Assembly (NCBI GenBank): GCA_964565525.1
Contig: CAZMFG010000002.1
Span: 1-42,892 of the forward strand
DNA: 42,892 nt
Source of the DNA: an uncultured Thermodesulfobacteriota bacterium
GTDB taxonomy: Bacteria; Desulfobacterota; B13-G15; RBG-16-54-18
Direction: 5' to 3'
Shown here: positions 31,996 through 41,828 of the stretch, piece after piece
Layout of the letters: each line of letters opens with the position of its first letter
Numbering within the stretch: position 1 is the first letter of the stretch
Notes under the pieces: generated by a model
What the model saw: the letters and a program-made list of their open reading frames with translations, nothing else
What the model was told of the DNA's origin: nothing
Database searches by the model: none
Program-made: the position numbers and the translations under genes

Positions 31996-33015
31996 ATGAA
32001 GGTTTTGTTTTCATCGAATAAAAACCCTCACTTTGAGACCTTTACAGAGTATATAGAAAGGGCCTTCAGGAAAAATGGTTGCGAAACCCTTTTTTTTGAA
32101 AATCGGGATTTTCGCATTCCGGGCAGAATTAGGAAAAGGGTGTCATATTTACAACAATGGGATGTGCGGAAACTCAATAGAAGGCTTCTTGATAAAGCAC
32201 GCGCCTATAAGCCTGACCTGTTTTTAGAAGCCGGGGGTTGGAATGTTCTACCTGATACAGTGGATGCCTTGAGGGATATGAAAATAAAAACAGCACTTTG
32301 GACGATTGATCCACCAAGGATATTTGAGCCAATTGCAAAGGCAGCGCCTCACTATGATTTTGTTTTTACTGGAGGTTCAGAGGCATATGAAATCCTGGAA
32401 AATTTTAATGTCAAGAGTCTACACTGGCTGCCATTTGCCTGTGATCCTGACGTTCATAGACCAGTAAAGGTGAGCGCTGAAGAGAGAAAGAGATACCGTT
32501 GTGATGTCTGTTTTATTGGCTCTGGAGGAGCAATCTATGCTCAAAGAAGACATTTTCTAGAGAGCATCGTAGATTTCGATCTAGGCATATGGGGACCAGG
32601 GTGGAATACATTACCCCCGCATGCACCGCTGAAACAATTTATCAGGGGTGGCCAGATAAGACCGGAAGAGTGGGTCAAGATATTCAGTGCTTCAAAGATT
32701 GTTTTTCACTCCCATTATCAAGATCCATCAGGTAAAATTCCTTGTTATCAGGCAGCCCCACGGGTATATGAGGCATTGGCATGCGGGGCCTTTCTGGTGG
32801 TTGATAAGCAGAGGGACGTTCTGAATATCTTTAACCCTGGCAAGGATCTTGCTGTGTTTGATGATGCAAAAGAATTGAGGGATCTTATAACGTACTATCT
32901 TCAGCATCCTAGGGAAGCGAAAGCCATAGCCGAGAAGGGAAGGAAGAAGGTTGTAGCCCATCATACCTACCGACACAGAATAAAAGAGATCCTTGATACC
33001 GTGATGGGAGTTTGA
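31996..33015 (+). CDS. CgeB-family / DUF3880-type glycosyltransferase-like protein
   Basis: 339 aa. The pattern ...RVYEALACGAFLVVD... plus the N-terminal MKVLFSS...FENRDF matches my recollection of CgeB-like spore-maturation/glycosyltransferase proteins. Confidence 0.55.
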   Translation: MKVLFSSNKNPHFETFTEYIERAFRKNGCETLFFENRDFRIPGRIRKRVSYLQQWDVRKLNRRLLDKARAYKPDLFLEAGGWNVLPDTVDALRDMKIKTALWTIDPPRIFEPIAKAAPHYDFVFTGGSEAYEILENFNVKSLHWLPFACDPDVHRPVKVSAEERKRYRCDVCFIGSGGAIYAQRRHFLESIVDFDLGIWGPGWNTLPPHAPLKQFIRGGQIRPEEWVKIFSASKIVFHSHYQDPSGKIPCYQAAPRVYEALACGAFLVVDKQRDVLNIFNPGKDLAVFDDAKELRDLITYYLQHPREAKAIAEKGRKKVVAHHTYRHRIKEILDTVMGV

Positions 33016-33018
33016 ATT

Positions 33019-33663
33019 ATGGATATTCGTCATTTCTTCATTACAATGCTCGGGGAGAGGAGTTACCGGGTCTTAAAACACCTGATCAAGCGACTCCTTT
33101 GCCTCATAAAAGGGGTCACGGCGAGCGGGATCAATGTCTATATTTCACCCCGCGCTATCGTTAAGAGGGGCCAGAAGATAAGCTTAGGTGATAATGTCGT
33201 GGTGGAGGGGAGTGTAACACTTTGGGTTGATACTGAGAGTTCGTCTATTACGATAGGTGACAATTCCTACCTTTCCTCATGTTGTATCCTAAGAACATAT
33301 GATGGTTGGATAACTATTGGTCGTAATTGTACGGTAAACTATTATGCAATCCTGTACGGCCAAGGAGGACTTCGGATAGGCAACGATGTGAGGATAGCCC
33401 CACAGGTGATGATTATGCCTACGAATCATATATTTGAAGATCCTGATGTACCCATACGAAAACAAGGTATCAAGGGAAAGGGTATACAGATCGAAGATGA
33501 TGTCTGGCTTGGTGTTGGTGCTATTGTTTTGGATGGGGTGACCATTGGGAAGGGGTCAGTAATCGGGGCAGGAGCCGTAGTGACCAAGGATATCCCTCCT
33601 TACTCTGTGGCGGTCGGCGTTCCAGCGAAGGTGGTGAAAAAAAGGGGAGTCGACAAACAATGA
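33019..33663 (+). CDS. hexapeptide-repeat (left-handed beta-helix) sugar O-acyltransferase
   Basis: 214 aa with hexapeptide repeats and a typical C-terminus [48 protein letters not shown]. Confidence 0.85.
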   Translation: MDIRHFFITMLGERSYRVLKHLIKRLLCLIKGVTASGINVYISPRAIVKRGQKISLGDNVVVEGSVTLWVDTESSSITIGDNSYLSSCCILRTYDGWITIGRNCTVNYYAILYGQGGLRIGNDVRIAPQVMIMPTNHIFEDPDVPIRKQGIKGKGIQIEDDVWLGVGAIVLDGVTIGKGSVIGAGAVVTKDIPPYSVAVGVPAKVVKKRGVDKQ

Positions 33664-34535
33664 ATAACAAGAGGATGTCCGAAAATGTTTGGGACATAGA
33701 TTTTGATCTATCAAAGCAAACAATGGATCGGAGGATACGGACCTGTACCCGTCATTTTGGCTGGCAACATGCAATACGGATTATTCTTGAAAGGAATGTT
33801 GCATTTAAGGCATTAAAGATAGCAGAGATAGGTTGCGGAACCGGTACTACTGCTCTTACCTTTGGTCTCCTCGGGGCATCTATTACCCTCCTCGACTTTA
33901 ATCGACGAGTATTGGAAAAGACACGGGATATATACGACCTCTATGATTGTACGGCAGAATTGATCCAAGCTGACTGCATGGAGGCTCCCATTGGCGAGTT
34001 GAGAGGAAAATTTGATTTCGTTATCTCAAGTGGGCTTGCTGAACATTTCATCGGTGCAGACCGAGAAGAATGTATACGATATCACCGCCTTCTCCTCAAA
34101 GATGGTGGAATTGCTTATATAGGCGTTCCTAATACATTGAGTCCTTTTTATCAATGGGTAAAGACATTTAAGAAAATGACGGGGACATGGAATTTAGAGG
34201 TTGAAATATCCTTTACAAGGAGAGAGTTAAAAAAGCTTGCTGTAACGGTTGGCTTCGAAGAAGCATATGTTATTGGGAATGCCCCATTAACAAAAGACCT
34301 TATCGATTATTCTCGTGGATTCGGATCAGCTGTCAAACAGTTGTTCCCGGTCTCTTTACAGGAATGGTTACATACGAAGCGAGATGATGACAAGGCTCAA
34401 GTGCATGTCCCTAACAATATGCGACAATACTGTCACGATATGTTGGACGCAATAAGTCGTGGTTATTTTAAAAGGCCACGTTCTCCTCTGGTAAATACTT
34501 TCAGTGCCGGGATTATCCTGTTTGCCTTCAACTGA
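33660..34535 (+). CDS. class I SAM-dependent methyltransferase
   Basis: 291 aa with motif [16 protein letters not shown], followed by LLDFN and [13 protein letters not shown]. Confidence 0.75.
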   Translation: MNNKRMSENVWDIDFDLSKQTMDRRIRTCTRHFGWQHAIRIILERNVAFKALKIAEIGCGTGTTALTFGLLGASITLLDFNRRVLEKTRDIYDLYDCTAELIQADCMEAPIGELRGKFDFVISSGLAEHFIGADREECIRYHRLLLKDGGIAYIGVPNTLSPFYQWVKTFKKMTGTWNLEVEISFTRRELKKLAVTVGFEEAYVIGNAPLTKDLIDYSRGFGSAVKQLFPVSLQEWLHTKRDDDKAQVHVPNNMRQYCHDMLDAISRGYFKRPRSPLVNTFSAGIILFAFN

Positions 34536-34549
34536 TTTTCAGGAATCAT

Positions 34550-35659
34550 ATGGCTGGGGGAAAGCACAATAGATATAATATTCTTTATACCACCTCCTTT
34601 GGCAACATGATGGGTGGGGGGCAGTGGAGTCTCTATTACCTGATAAAGCATCTGGACAAAGACATCTTTCACGCCGTCGTGTTATGTCCCACCGAAGGGG
34701 AACTTGCAGAACGGATGAGAGGGGCGGGTGCGGACGTTGTGCGCTTGAAAATGGGAAAGATCAGATACCTGAACCCCCTGGTGATAGTGCGTTTACGAGC
34801 GTTAATAAAAGAAAAAAGAATAAACATTGTACACACAGATTCTTCCACAGAGACATTTTATGCTGGCATAGCGGCACGTATAATGAAAATTCCACTGATA
34901 TGGCATATTCGAGTAAATGAAGGGGAATGGTTTTTAGATAGGATTCTATCACTGCTTTCCACGCGATTGATTCTCGTTGCCAAGGCTATACGTCCACGGT
35001 TTCAATGGCTTGCAAAGAGTAGAAAAGTGATTGTCGTACACAATGCTATTGATCTTGAGGAATTTGATAATTTTTCAGCTACCTCTTCGATGAGAAATGA
35101 TTTGAACGTCAAGAGGGATACGGTGCTCCTAGGATGTATAGGACGGATCGAGAAGCACAAGGGGCAAGAATATCTTATAACAGCCATGAAACACATAGGA
35201 AATGCTAGACTTGTTCTTGTAGGGGGTGCGGAAGAAAAGTACCTCAAAAAAATAAAGGCGTTATGCAACGAGCTTAGGATTTCCAATCGCGTCGTTTTCA
35301 TCACATACAGAGATGACATTCCCTCCTTGTTGAAAGCAATTGATATACTTGTTTTACCGACGCTCACTGAAGGTCTTTCGAGGATTATACTGGAAGCGAT
35401 GGCTGCACAAAAACCTGTTGTTGCAACGAATGTCGGTGGCAATACAGAAGCCGTTGTAGATGGTGAAACAGGTTATATTGTTCCTCCTGGAGACTCATTG
35501 GCATTGGCTGCGCGTAGCAATGAGCTTGTTGCAGATAAGAAGAAAAGAACAAAAATGGGGCAGGCTGGCAGAATAAGGGTGGAAAGCATGTTTGCAATCC
35601 AGCTGAATGTTGAAAGCATTCAGGAAGTCTATTTGAAGCTTCTTCGGCACCGGACCTGA
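34550..35659 (+). CDS. glycosyltransferase family 4
   Basis: 369 aa with TEGLSRIILEAMAAQKPVVATNVGGNTEAVVDGETGYIV. Confidence 0.85.
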   Translation: MAGGKHNRYNILYTTSFGNMMGGGQWSLYYLIKHLDKDIFHAVVLCPTEGELAERMRGAGADVVRLKMGKIRYLNPLVIVRLRALIKEKRINIVHTDSSTETFYAGIAARIMKIPLIWHIRVNEGEWFLDRILSLLSTRLILVAKAIRPRFQWLAKSRKVIVVHNAIDLEEFDNFSATSSMRNDLNVKRDTVLLGCIGRIEKHKGQEYLITAMKHIGNARLVLVGGAEEKYLKKIKALCNELRISNRVVFITYRDDIPSLLKAIDILVLPTLTEGLSRIILEAMAAQKPVVATNVGGNTEAVVDGETGYIVPPGDSLALAARSNELVADKKKRTKMGQAGRIRVESMFAIQLNVESIQEVYLKLLRHRT

Positions 35660-35694
35660 ATGGAAGTAACTGTTATGTCACATGGATACGGTTT

Positions 35695-36753
35695 ATGCCT
35701 ACGTTACCTACAATAGTCCCTTATATATGTCTTCACTGCAGCAGTGTTTTGCAGGAGAAAGAGAATAAGCTTTATTGCTCACATTGCAATCATTGGTGGG
35801 ACGTTAAAGACGGTGTGCCGTGTTTTGTAAAAGATGCTCCGTATTGGGGTGAACTTCCCCAGGATGAAATGAGAGCCGTGCTCAAGAGGGCGCAGGAGGG
35901 GCATTGGAAGGGCGCTCTTGAGATGATTCCGGAAGAGAAACGAGAGGCAATTATCTTGTATAGCTCAGATGAGACGAGGGGATGGTGGCGATATCTTTTG
36001 CCTTTGCTCGATACTGGCACAGTCCTTGATATTGGGGCCGGATGGGGTGCCATTACCTTTTCACTTGCGAAAACAGGATATGATGTTGTCGCTGTAGATT
36101 CAGTTATTGAGAGGACCGCTTTTATTAAGACGAGAGTAGATCAGGATAGGGTAGATAATATTCAGACTGCATGTGCCAGCGCCCTCGCACTTCCCTTTCC
36201 CGAGCATTCCTTTGATGTTATTATATTGAACGGGGTTTTGGAGTGGTTAGGCCTTTCTGACACCTCTCGTTCTCCTGATAAAGTTCAGAAAAAGGCTTTA
36301 ATTAATATATATAACTTATTGAAACCAGGAGGCATTCTTTATTTAGCAATAGAGAACAGAATTTCGGCTATATACTTCCTTGGCTTCAAAGATCCGCACA
36401 GCGGTCTACGATTTACCACGCTGATGCCAAGGATCATAGCCAACGTATATGCTCGCGTAAAGAAAAAAACTAAGTATCGAACATACATTTATTCTAAGTT
36501 CGGTTATCAAAAGATGCTCAAAGGAGCAGGGTTTAAAGAGATTCAGTTCTTCTTACCCTTACCGAGTTACAGAAACTTCGAGATGATCGTTCCCATGGGT
36601 GATAGGAAGGTTGCACGGTATGGTGCAACACATGTTTGGAGTATGAAGCGCTTGAGGTTTTTAAGGATTGCTGTGCCCTTTCTTAAACTTCTTCCCGTTG
36701 GTTTTTTTATGGATTTTTTTGGCCCCGATTACAGCATTATTGCCAGGAAATAG
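35695..36753 (+). CDS. SAM-dependent methyltransferase with N-terminal Trm112-like zinc-ribbon
   Basis: 352 aa with CLHCSSVL...YCSHCNHWWDVKDGVPCF (CxxC...CxxC ribbon), then motif I VLDIGAGWGAITFSLA and LKPGGILYLAIEN. Confidence 0.75.
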   Translation: MPTLPTIVPYICLHCSSVLQEKENKLYCSHCNHWWDVKDGVPCFVKDAPYWGELPQDEMRAVLKRAQEGHWKGALEMIPEEKREAIILYSSDETRGWWRYLLPLLDTGTVLDIGAGWGAITFSLAKTGYDVVAVDSVIERTAFIKTRVDQDRVDNIQTACASALALPFPEHSFDVIILNGVLEWLGLSDTSRSPDKVQKKALINIYNLLKPGGILYLAIENRISAIYFLGFKDPHSGLRFTTLMPRIIANVYARVKKKTKYRTYIYSKFGYQKMLKGAGFKEIQFFLPLPSYRNFEMIVPMGDRKVARYGATHVWSMKRLRFLRIAVPFLKLLPVGFFMDFFGPDYSIIARK

Positions 36754-36754
36754 C

Positions 36755-37624
36755 ATGATAGAGTTATTTGAGGAATATATTCTCAGTAATTGGCGTAACT
36801 TTCATCTTTCTTTTCCAGTTCCCCACAAGCTTTCCTATCTCTTTGTTAAGGGTTTTAGGAAAACGCTTTTGTTTATATTCAAAGACGGAGATAAAAATCC
36901 TTTTGCTGTCATAAAAGCGACCAAAGATCCGATAGCCTTTGATAGACTATCGAAGGAATATGAAACGCTATCATATTTAGCAAACAACGCAACCATCGAG
37001 GGGGTTGTCCCTAGACCTCTTGCATTGTTTGAGTTGATGGGGCATACGTGTGTTTTGGAATCAGCCTTGGGCGGTACCCCCTTGGTTTACTCTATGAAGG
37101 GGATAAGGACGAGAGGGGGGATATTGAAGATGAAAAATATCTTCCACATGGTTGTTGATACCCTCATTCATTTCTCGACTGCAAACGGAACAAAAACTGG
37201 TCACACGGAAAAAAAGCTGACGGTTATTGAACATGGAGATTTCAATCCTTCCAATATTTTTGTTTCGCGAGATGGACTAAAGGTTTTTGATTGGGAATAT
37301 TCTAATATTGATGGAACCCCTCTTTGTGACCTTTTAGATTTTTCGCTCAAATATGTCCTTTTTGCGAGATATCTGGCTCGTGAGCTTACGCGGGAAAAAC
37401 CTGTCCTGAACGACTTTGAAGAGGCATTTCTTTCAGGAAAACCACATAGTGACATCATATTGAAGAATATTACTCTATATAAAGAAAAGATGGATCTAAG
37501 CACGTCGTCAATGCAGGATGTTTTTTCCGACTTCAGTATAAAATACCTTAGTGAATCAAATGCCGGCAGTTTCTGTAAAGATTTTGATGCCTTAATATCA
37601 TCTTCTTCGTTGATAAGACAATAA
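36755..37624 (+). CDS. aminoglycoside-phosphotransferase/choline-kinase-like (protein-kinase fold) phosphotransferase, probable sugar kinase
   Basis: I place the start at ATG 36755 (MIELFEEY...). The ORF-track extension from 36668 overlaps the previous gene. It has the catalytic loop IEHGDFNPSNIFV and VFDWEYS (HxDxxxxN ... D). Confidence 0.65.
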   Translation: MIELFEEYILSNWRNFHLSFPVPHKLSYLFVKGFRKTLLFIFKDGDKNPFAVIKATKDPIAFDRLSKEYETLSYLANNATIEGVVPRPLALFELMGHTCVLESALGGTPLVYSMKGIRTRGGILKMKNIFHMVVDTLIHFSTANGTKTGHTEKKLTVIEHGDFNPSNIFVSRDGLKVFDWEYSNIDGTPLCDLLDFSLKYVLFARYLARELTREKPVLNDFEEAFLSGKPHSDIILKNITLYKEKMDLSTSSMQDVFSDFSIKYLSESNAGSFCKDFDALISSSSLIRQ

Positions 37625-37639
37625 GTATGCGGATGAACA

Positions 37640-38779
37640 ATGTTAAACGTGCTTAAAGCGCTCTTGAGAACAACCTATGTGAAGACGAGAAGTGCCTTAT
37701 TGTGGCCCATATTGCTCTTGAGAAGGACCAAGAAACTACCCAAGGCGGAAGTACGGAGCATCCTATTTCTCAGGTACGACCGTATCGGTGATATGGTACT
37801 GTCTACGGCTGCCCTAAAGGCATTGAGAAGGGCGTATCCCCAGGCAAAGATTACGATCCTTGCCTCTCAGAGAAATCATGAGATCTTGAAGCATAACCCC
37901 CATGTCGATGAAATCCTTATTTATAAGGGGATTCTTTGGTTTTTAAGAGAGATACGACCTAAAGGCTATGATTTAGTAATTGATCCCTTTGTGACGCATG
38001 AACTCAAGCAGGCCTTCATGACGTATCTTGCCGGGGGGGAATACCGGATCGGTTTTGAAAATGCAGGGAGGGAGATCTTTTTTAATCTGCGAGGTCCTGT
38101 AGCCTCCAACACCAAGCGCATGGTTGAACACCTGTTGGATCTGGTAGAACTCTTAGGCGGCAACAGGAAGGATTGTGAAGCAGAGGTCTTTTTGTCTGAT
38201 AAAGAGTTACAATGGGCCTCGAAGGCCCTTTCAAATAAGGGAATCGGCGAGCATACATTGATAGTGGCCATTCACCCTGGGGCTTATTATCTAAGTCAAA
38301 GATGGTCGACTGAGAGGTTTGGTGAATTGGCCAGGCGAATTTTTGAACAATACGAGGCGAAGGTTATTCTCTTTGGCAGCAGAGATGGAAAAGACCTGGT
38401 GAAAAAGGTGAAAGAGGTCGCAGGGAAGAAGGTCCAGGACTTTTCGGGATTGAGACTCAGAGAGTTTATGGCTTTATTAAGCAGATGTCATCTCCTGATA
38501 TGTAACAATTCCGGGCCCCTTCATATTGCATCGGCCCTCAAGGTCTCTACTGTTTCCATGATAGGGCCGACGGTTACCCCCTTGTGGCTTCCCTCTGGAA
38601 GACACGATGTGGTGATTAATAAAAGACTTTCTTGTAGCCCGTGCAACAGGGTGGTTTGTAAAGGGCACGAGTGTATGGAATCGATAACGGTGGATGAGGT
38701 TTTTGAGGCTGTGCAATCCCAGATTACCCGCATTCGCTCACAACGAAAGAGAAGAGTTGCGGCACAAAAAAGCGTCTAA
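37640..38779 (+). CDS. glycosyltransferase family 9 (heptosyltransferase-like)
   Basis: 379 aa with ILFLRYDRIGDMVLSTAALKALR and LLICNNSGPLHIASAL motifs, typical of GT9. Confidence 0.8.
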   Translation: MLNVLKALLRTTYVKTRSALLWPILLLRRTKKLPKAEVRSILFLRYDRIGDMVLSTAALKALRRAYPQAKITILASQRNHEILKHNPHVDEILIYKGILWFLREIRPKGYDLVIDPFVTHELKQAFMTYLAGGEYRIGFENAGREIFFNLRGPVASNTKRMVEHLLDLVELLGGNRKDCEAEVFLSDKELQWASKALSNKGIGEHTLIVAIHPGAYYLSQRWSTERFGELARRIFEQYEAKVILFGSRDGKDLVKKVKEVAGKKVQDFSGLRLREFMALLSRCHLLICNNSGPLHIASALKVSTVSMIGPTVTPLWLPSGRHDVVINKRLSCSPCNRVVCKGHECMESITVDEVFEAVQSQITRIRSQRKRRVAAQKSV

Positions 38780-38797
38780 AACTCACAAAACAAAATC

Positions 38798-39847
38798 ATG
38801 AAGAGGTCAAAGAAAATTCTCGTTATTGATTTTGGAGGTATTGGAGATCTAATACTCTCAATCCCCTTTTTGCGAGGGCTCAAAGTTGCCTTTCCCTCTT
38901 CCGAGGTGTCTGTGCTGTGCGCTGAGAGGGCAGGGCCGATCTTGCAGGAGCAATCATATATCGATAGGCTTTTCCTTGTCCCCATGTCTTTTTTTAGTCT
39001 CCTCAAGACAGGCTTACAACTGCGCAAGAAAAAGTTTGATATGGCGATCAATTTAATGCCTGTAACTTCCTATGTCTCCGCTATCAAGATGTATCTCCTT
39101 TTTCTATTAATCAATACGAGGCAATGGGTGGGAAGGAATACCGAAGGGAGGGGTTTTTTTTATCATATCAAGATTCCTGAGACAAAGATGCAGATGGAAA
39201 ACGAAGTGGCGTTCTATGGAAAAATTTTCAGGGCCATATCGGATCGAGATTTCGACGAGCAATTGGAGTTTCATATTTCACAGAGAAACAGGAAAAGGGC
39301 AGGGGAGCTTTTAAAAAAAGAACGGAATTTCCAGGAAGATTCCCTGGTTTTGATAAATCCAGGCTCTGACTGGCCAGCCAAACGGTGGCCCATTGAACGA
39401 TATGCAGAGGTAGTAAAGAACTTGAAGGGTATATTTCCCCGCATCGAGTTTGGGGTTATTGGGAAGCAGGGTGAAAGGGAACTCGCGCAGTTCATCAAGA
39501 AAAATGTTGGGGATAGAGTTTTTATACTTTCCGGCAAGACTCCGCTTGAATTACTCCCTGCGATCCTCGAGAAGGCCTCTCTTGTGTTGACCAATGACAG
39601 CGGACCTGCCCACATCGCCCGGGCAGTGGGTACCCCGGCCGTGATCCTCGCCGGACCGAGCGAGCCTGCGTATCTAACTGTTCGAGGCAAAAAAGAGAGT
39701 GTTGTAGTACAACATCTTGTATCCTGTGCACCATGTGTAAAGTATTCGTGCGATAGACAGGATTGCTGGAAGGTCATATCCGTGCAAGAGGTTGTAGAGG
39801 TTACCTCTCAGCTTTTAGAAAGAATAAAAAATGCGGATAATAGCTAA
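38798..39847 (+). CDS. glycosyltransferase family 9 (heptosyltransferase-like)
   Basis: 349 aa with ILVIDFGGIGDLILSIPFLRGLK and LVLTNDSGPAHIARAVG motifs. Confidence 0.8.
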   Translation: MKRSKKILVIDFGGIGDLILSIPFLRGLKVAFPSSEVSVLCAERAGPILQEQSYIDRLFLVPMSFFSLLKTGLQLRKKKFDMAINLMPVTSYVSAIKMYLLFLLINTRQWVGRNTEGRGFFYHIKIPETKMQMENEVAFYGKIFRAISDRDFDEQLEFHISQRNRKRAGELLKKERNFQEDSLVLINPGSDWPAKRWPIERYAEVVKNLKGIFPRIEFGVIGKQGERELAQFIKKNVGDRVFILSGKTPLELLPAILEKASLVLTNDSGPAHIARAVGTPAVILAGPSEPAYLTVRGKKESVVVQHLVSCAPCVKYSCDRQDCWKVISVQEVVEVTSQLLERIKNADNS

Positions 39848-40511
39848 TATTGCCAAATACTTGAGATCATTAATCGAGAAAAAGGATGAAGTTGAAGAAC
39901 CTTCTGGCGGCTTCCTCTCATACAGGATCAGACAAAAGGCAGTTTCCTTAATAGGAAACGATGTACGGTTACTGGATGTAGGCGCGGGAGAAGGTCTCCT
40001 GTTAAAGATGTTTGAATCAGATACAGATACTACACAGTTGTTTTATGGTATAGATCTCGAAAGGGAGTGGTTGAAACAGGCTGCGGAACGATGCCCGAAC
40101 AAAAAAAGGAGTTTATTCATACGTGGTGACGCACGGTATTTACCCTTCAAGAACGGTGTCTTCGATGTGGTGACCATACTCAATGTCTTTATGAATATCC
40201 CCGAGAGGGAGGTTGTGACTTCCTTTATACAAGAGTCTTTAAGGGTCTGCAAAGAGCAGGGTACCCTCATCTTCGATTTTAGGAATATAATGAACCCGTG
40301 GATATTTACCTTATACAAGACCGTTAAACTTCATGACCCTGATATTAAACTTCCCCTGCGGGCATTTACCAGAGGTGAGATAAAAGATGTATTACGCTCA
40401 GTAGGTATTCATAGAGGTGTGTTTTATTACCCTATCCCCACGTGGTGGAAGATCAATCCCCCTGTTTATGTTGTGACGATACAAAAAGGGGGGGAGAGGA
40501 GGCAGCGATGA
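39831..40511 (+). CDS. class I SAM-dependent methyltransferase
   Basis: 226 aa with motif I LLDVGAGEGLLLKMF and FDVVTILNVFMNIPE. Confidence 0.75.
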   Translation: MRIIANIAKYLRSLIEKKDEVEEPSGGFLSYRIRQKAVSLIGNDVRLLDVGAGEGLLLKMFESDTDTTQLFYGIDLEREWLKQAAERCPNKKRSLFIRGDARYLPFKNGVFDVVTILNVFMNIPEREVVTSFIQESLRVCKEQGTLIFDFRNIMNPWIFTLYKTVKLHDPDIKLPLRAFTRGEIKDVLRSVGIHRGVFYYPIPTWWKINPPVYVVTIQKGGERRQR

Positions 40512-41683
40512 TCCCTTCTGTGGGGACCCCTGTGGGATTCAAAGACATTGTGAATGGGCTTCTCTCTCGTGGAGCTTTGGAGAGGTTTGCCGAGACCATA
40601 GCGGAACACACGAAGAGGAGACATGTCCTGTTGGCTAATTCAGGCACCACGGCCTATTTTTTCATCTTGAGGGCATTACAAAGGCTTTCCGATAAAAAAG
40701 AGGTTATACTCCCGGCATATACCGCACCATCCCTCATACTCCCCATCAAAAAGGCAGGGCTTGTTCCCCGGCTCTGCGATATAGAACTCAAGACCTTCAA
40801 TATGGACCTTACGGCCCTGCCGCCGACTATGAGTGATGACACCTTGGCCATCACCATCGTGCACATGTTTGGACTTCCTCAATGGTTTGAATCCGCTGTA
40901 CAAGAAGATGAGTTTGCCCAATCATCTTTCATCATCGAAGACCTGGCCTCAGCTCAAGGTTCAACACTAAACGGCAGGCCGGTCGGTTCCTTTGGTGACG
41001 TGAGTTTTGTCAGTTTCAACCGAGGCAAAAACTTCGCGACCCTTGCCGGGGGGGCTGTGGGAACAGACCGTGAGGATATCTTTAGGTTAGTGATGGAAGA
41101 AGGGAAGCGATACCTGCGGCAGCCGTCCTCCATGACGCGGATAGGTATTGTCCTCAAGGCCATTGCCCTCTCCCTTGCCGTGCGGCCGTGGTTCTACACG
41201 ATATTCCGTGCTCTTGTATCACGGTTCAAGTATCAGGGGCTCCACCACGCGTTCGCCATCCAGGCCTATACCAAGTTTCAGGCCGGTATGGGTGAATCGG
41301 CCTTTAAGAGGGCTCAATTCATTTTTGAAAAGAGGTTCGAGAACGGTCTCTACCTCCATCGTGCCTTTTCAGGGGTAGATGGGATCACCATACCTGTCAT
41401 ACCCGATGGGTCCCTCCCGGTCTTTAATCAGTTTCCCCTTCTTATAGATGATCCTTCCAAACGGGATAGCATCCGCGACGCCCTTATCAAGGGAGGGGTG
41501 GAGTCCACGATCTTGTACCCCTATCCTATTCACGAGGTGTATGATCTCGGCTATGACCGAAATACCGATCCCTTTCCCCATGCAACCTATTTGTCGAGGA
41601 GGCTCGTCCTCATCCCGACCCATCCCTATGTTACGGAAAGACATCTCAAGAGGGCAGTAGCAATCGTTTTGAAATTGCTGTAA
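40508..41683 (+). CDS. DegT/DnrJ/EryC1/StrS-family aminotransferase
   Basis: I place the start at ATG 40508 (MIPSVGTP...), an ATGA overlap with the previous stop. Motifs are LANSGTTAYFFILRAL and VSFVSFNRGKNFATLAGGAV (PLP-Lys region). Confidence 0.75.
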   Translation: MIPSVGTPVGFKDIVNGLLSRGALERFAETIAEHTKRRHVLLANSGTTAYFFILRALQRLSDKKEVILPAYTAPSLILPIKKAGLVPRLCDIELKTFNMDLTALPPTMSDDTLAITIVHMFGLPQWFESAVQEDEFAQSSFIIEDLASAQGSTLNGRPVGSFGDVSFVSFNRGKNFATLAGGAVGTDREDIFRLVMEEGKRYLRQPSSMTRIGIVLKAIALSLAVRPWFYTIFRALVSRFKYQGLHHAFAIQAYTKFQAGMGESAFKRAQFIFEKRFENGLYLHRAFSGVDGITIPVIPDGSLPVFNQFPLLIDDPSKRDSIRDALIKGGVESTILYPYPIHEVYDLGYDRNTDPFPHATYLSRRLVLIPTHPYVTERHLKRAVAIVLKLL

Positions 41684-41828
41684 CGCGTTTTTTGATTAAG
41701 AAAGGGTGCCATGGGCGGTATTACATCTAACATAGCAGGATAATGAAATGGGTGGCTTTAGGTTAAACGTTTCACCCCTCTAGGATCACAGGAGCTTGAA
41801 GGGCGGGTGAAGGGATTCTTCCTGCCCT

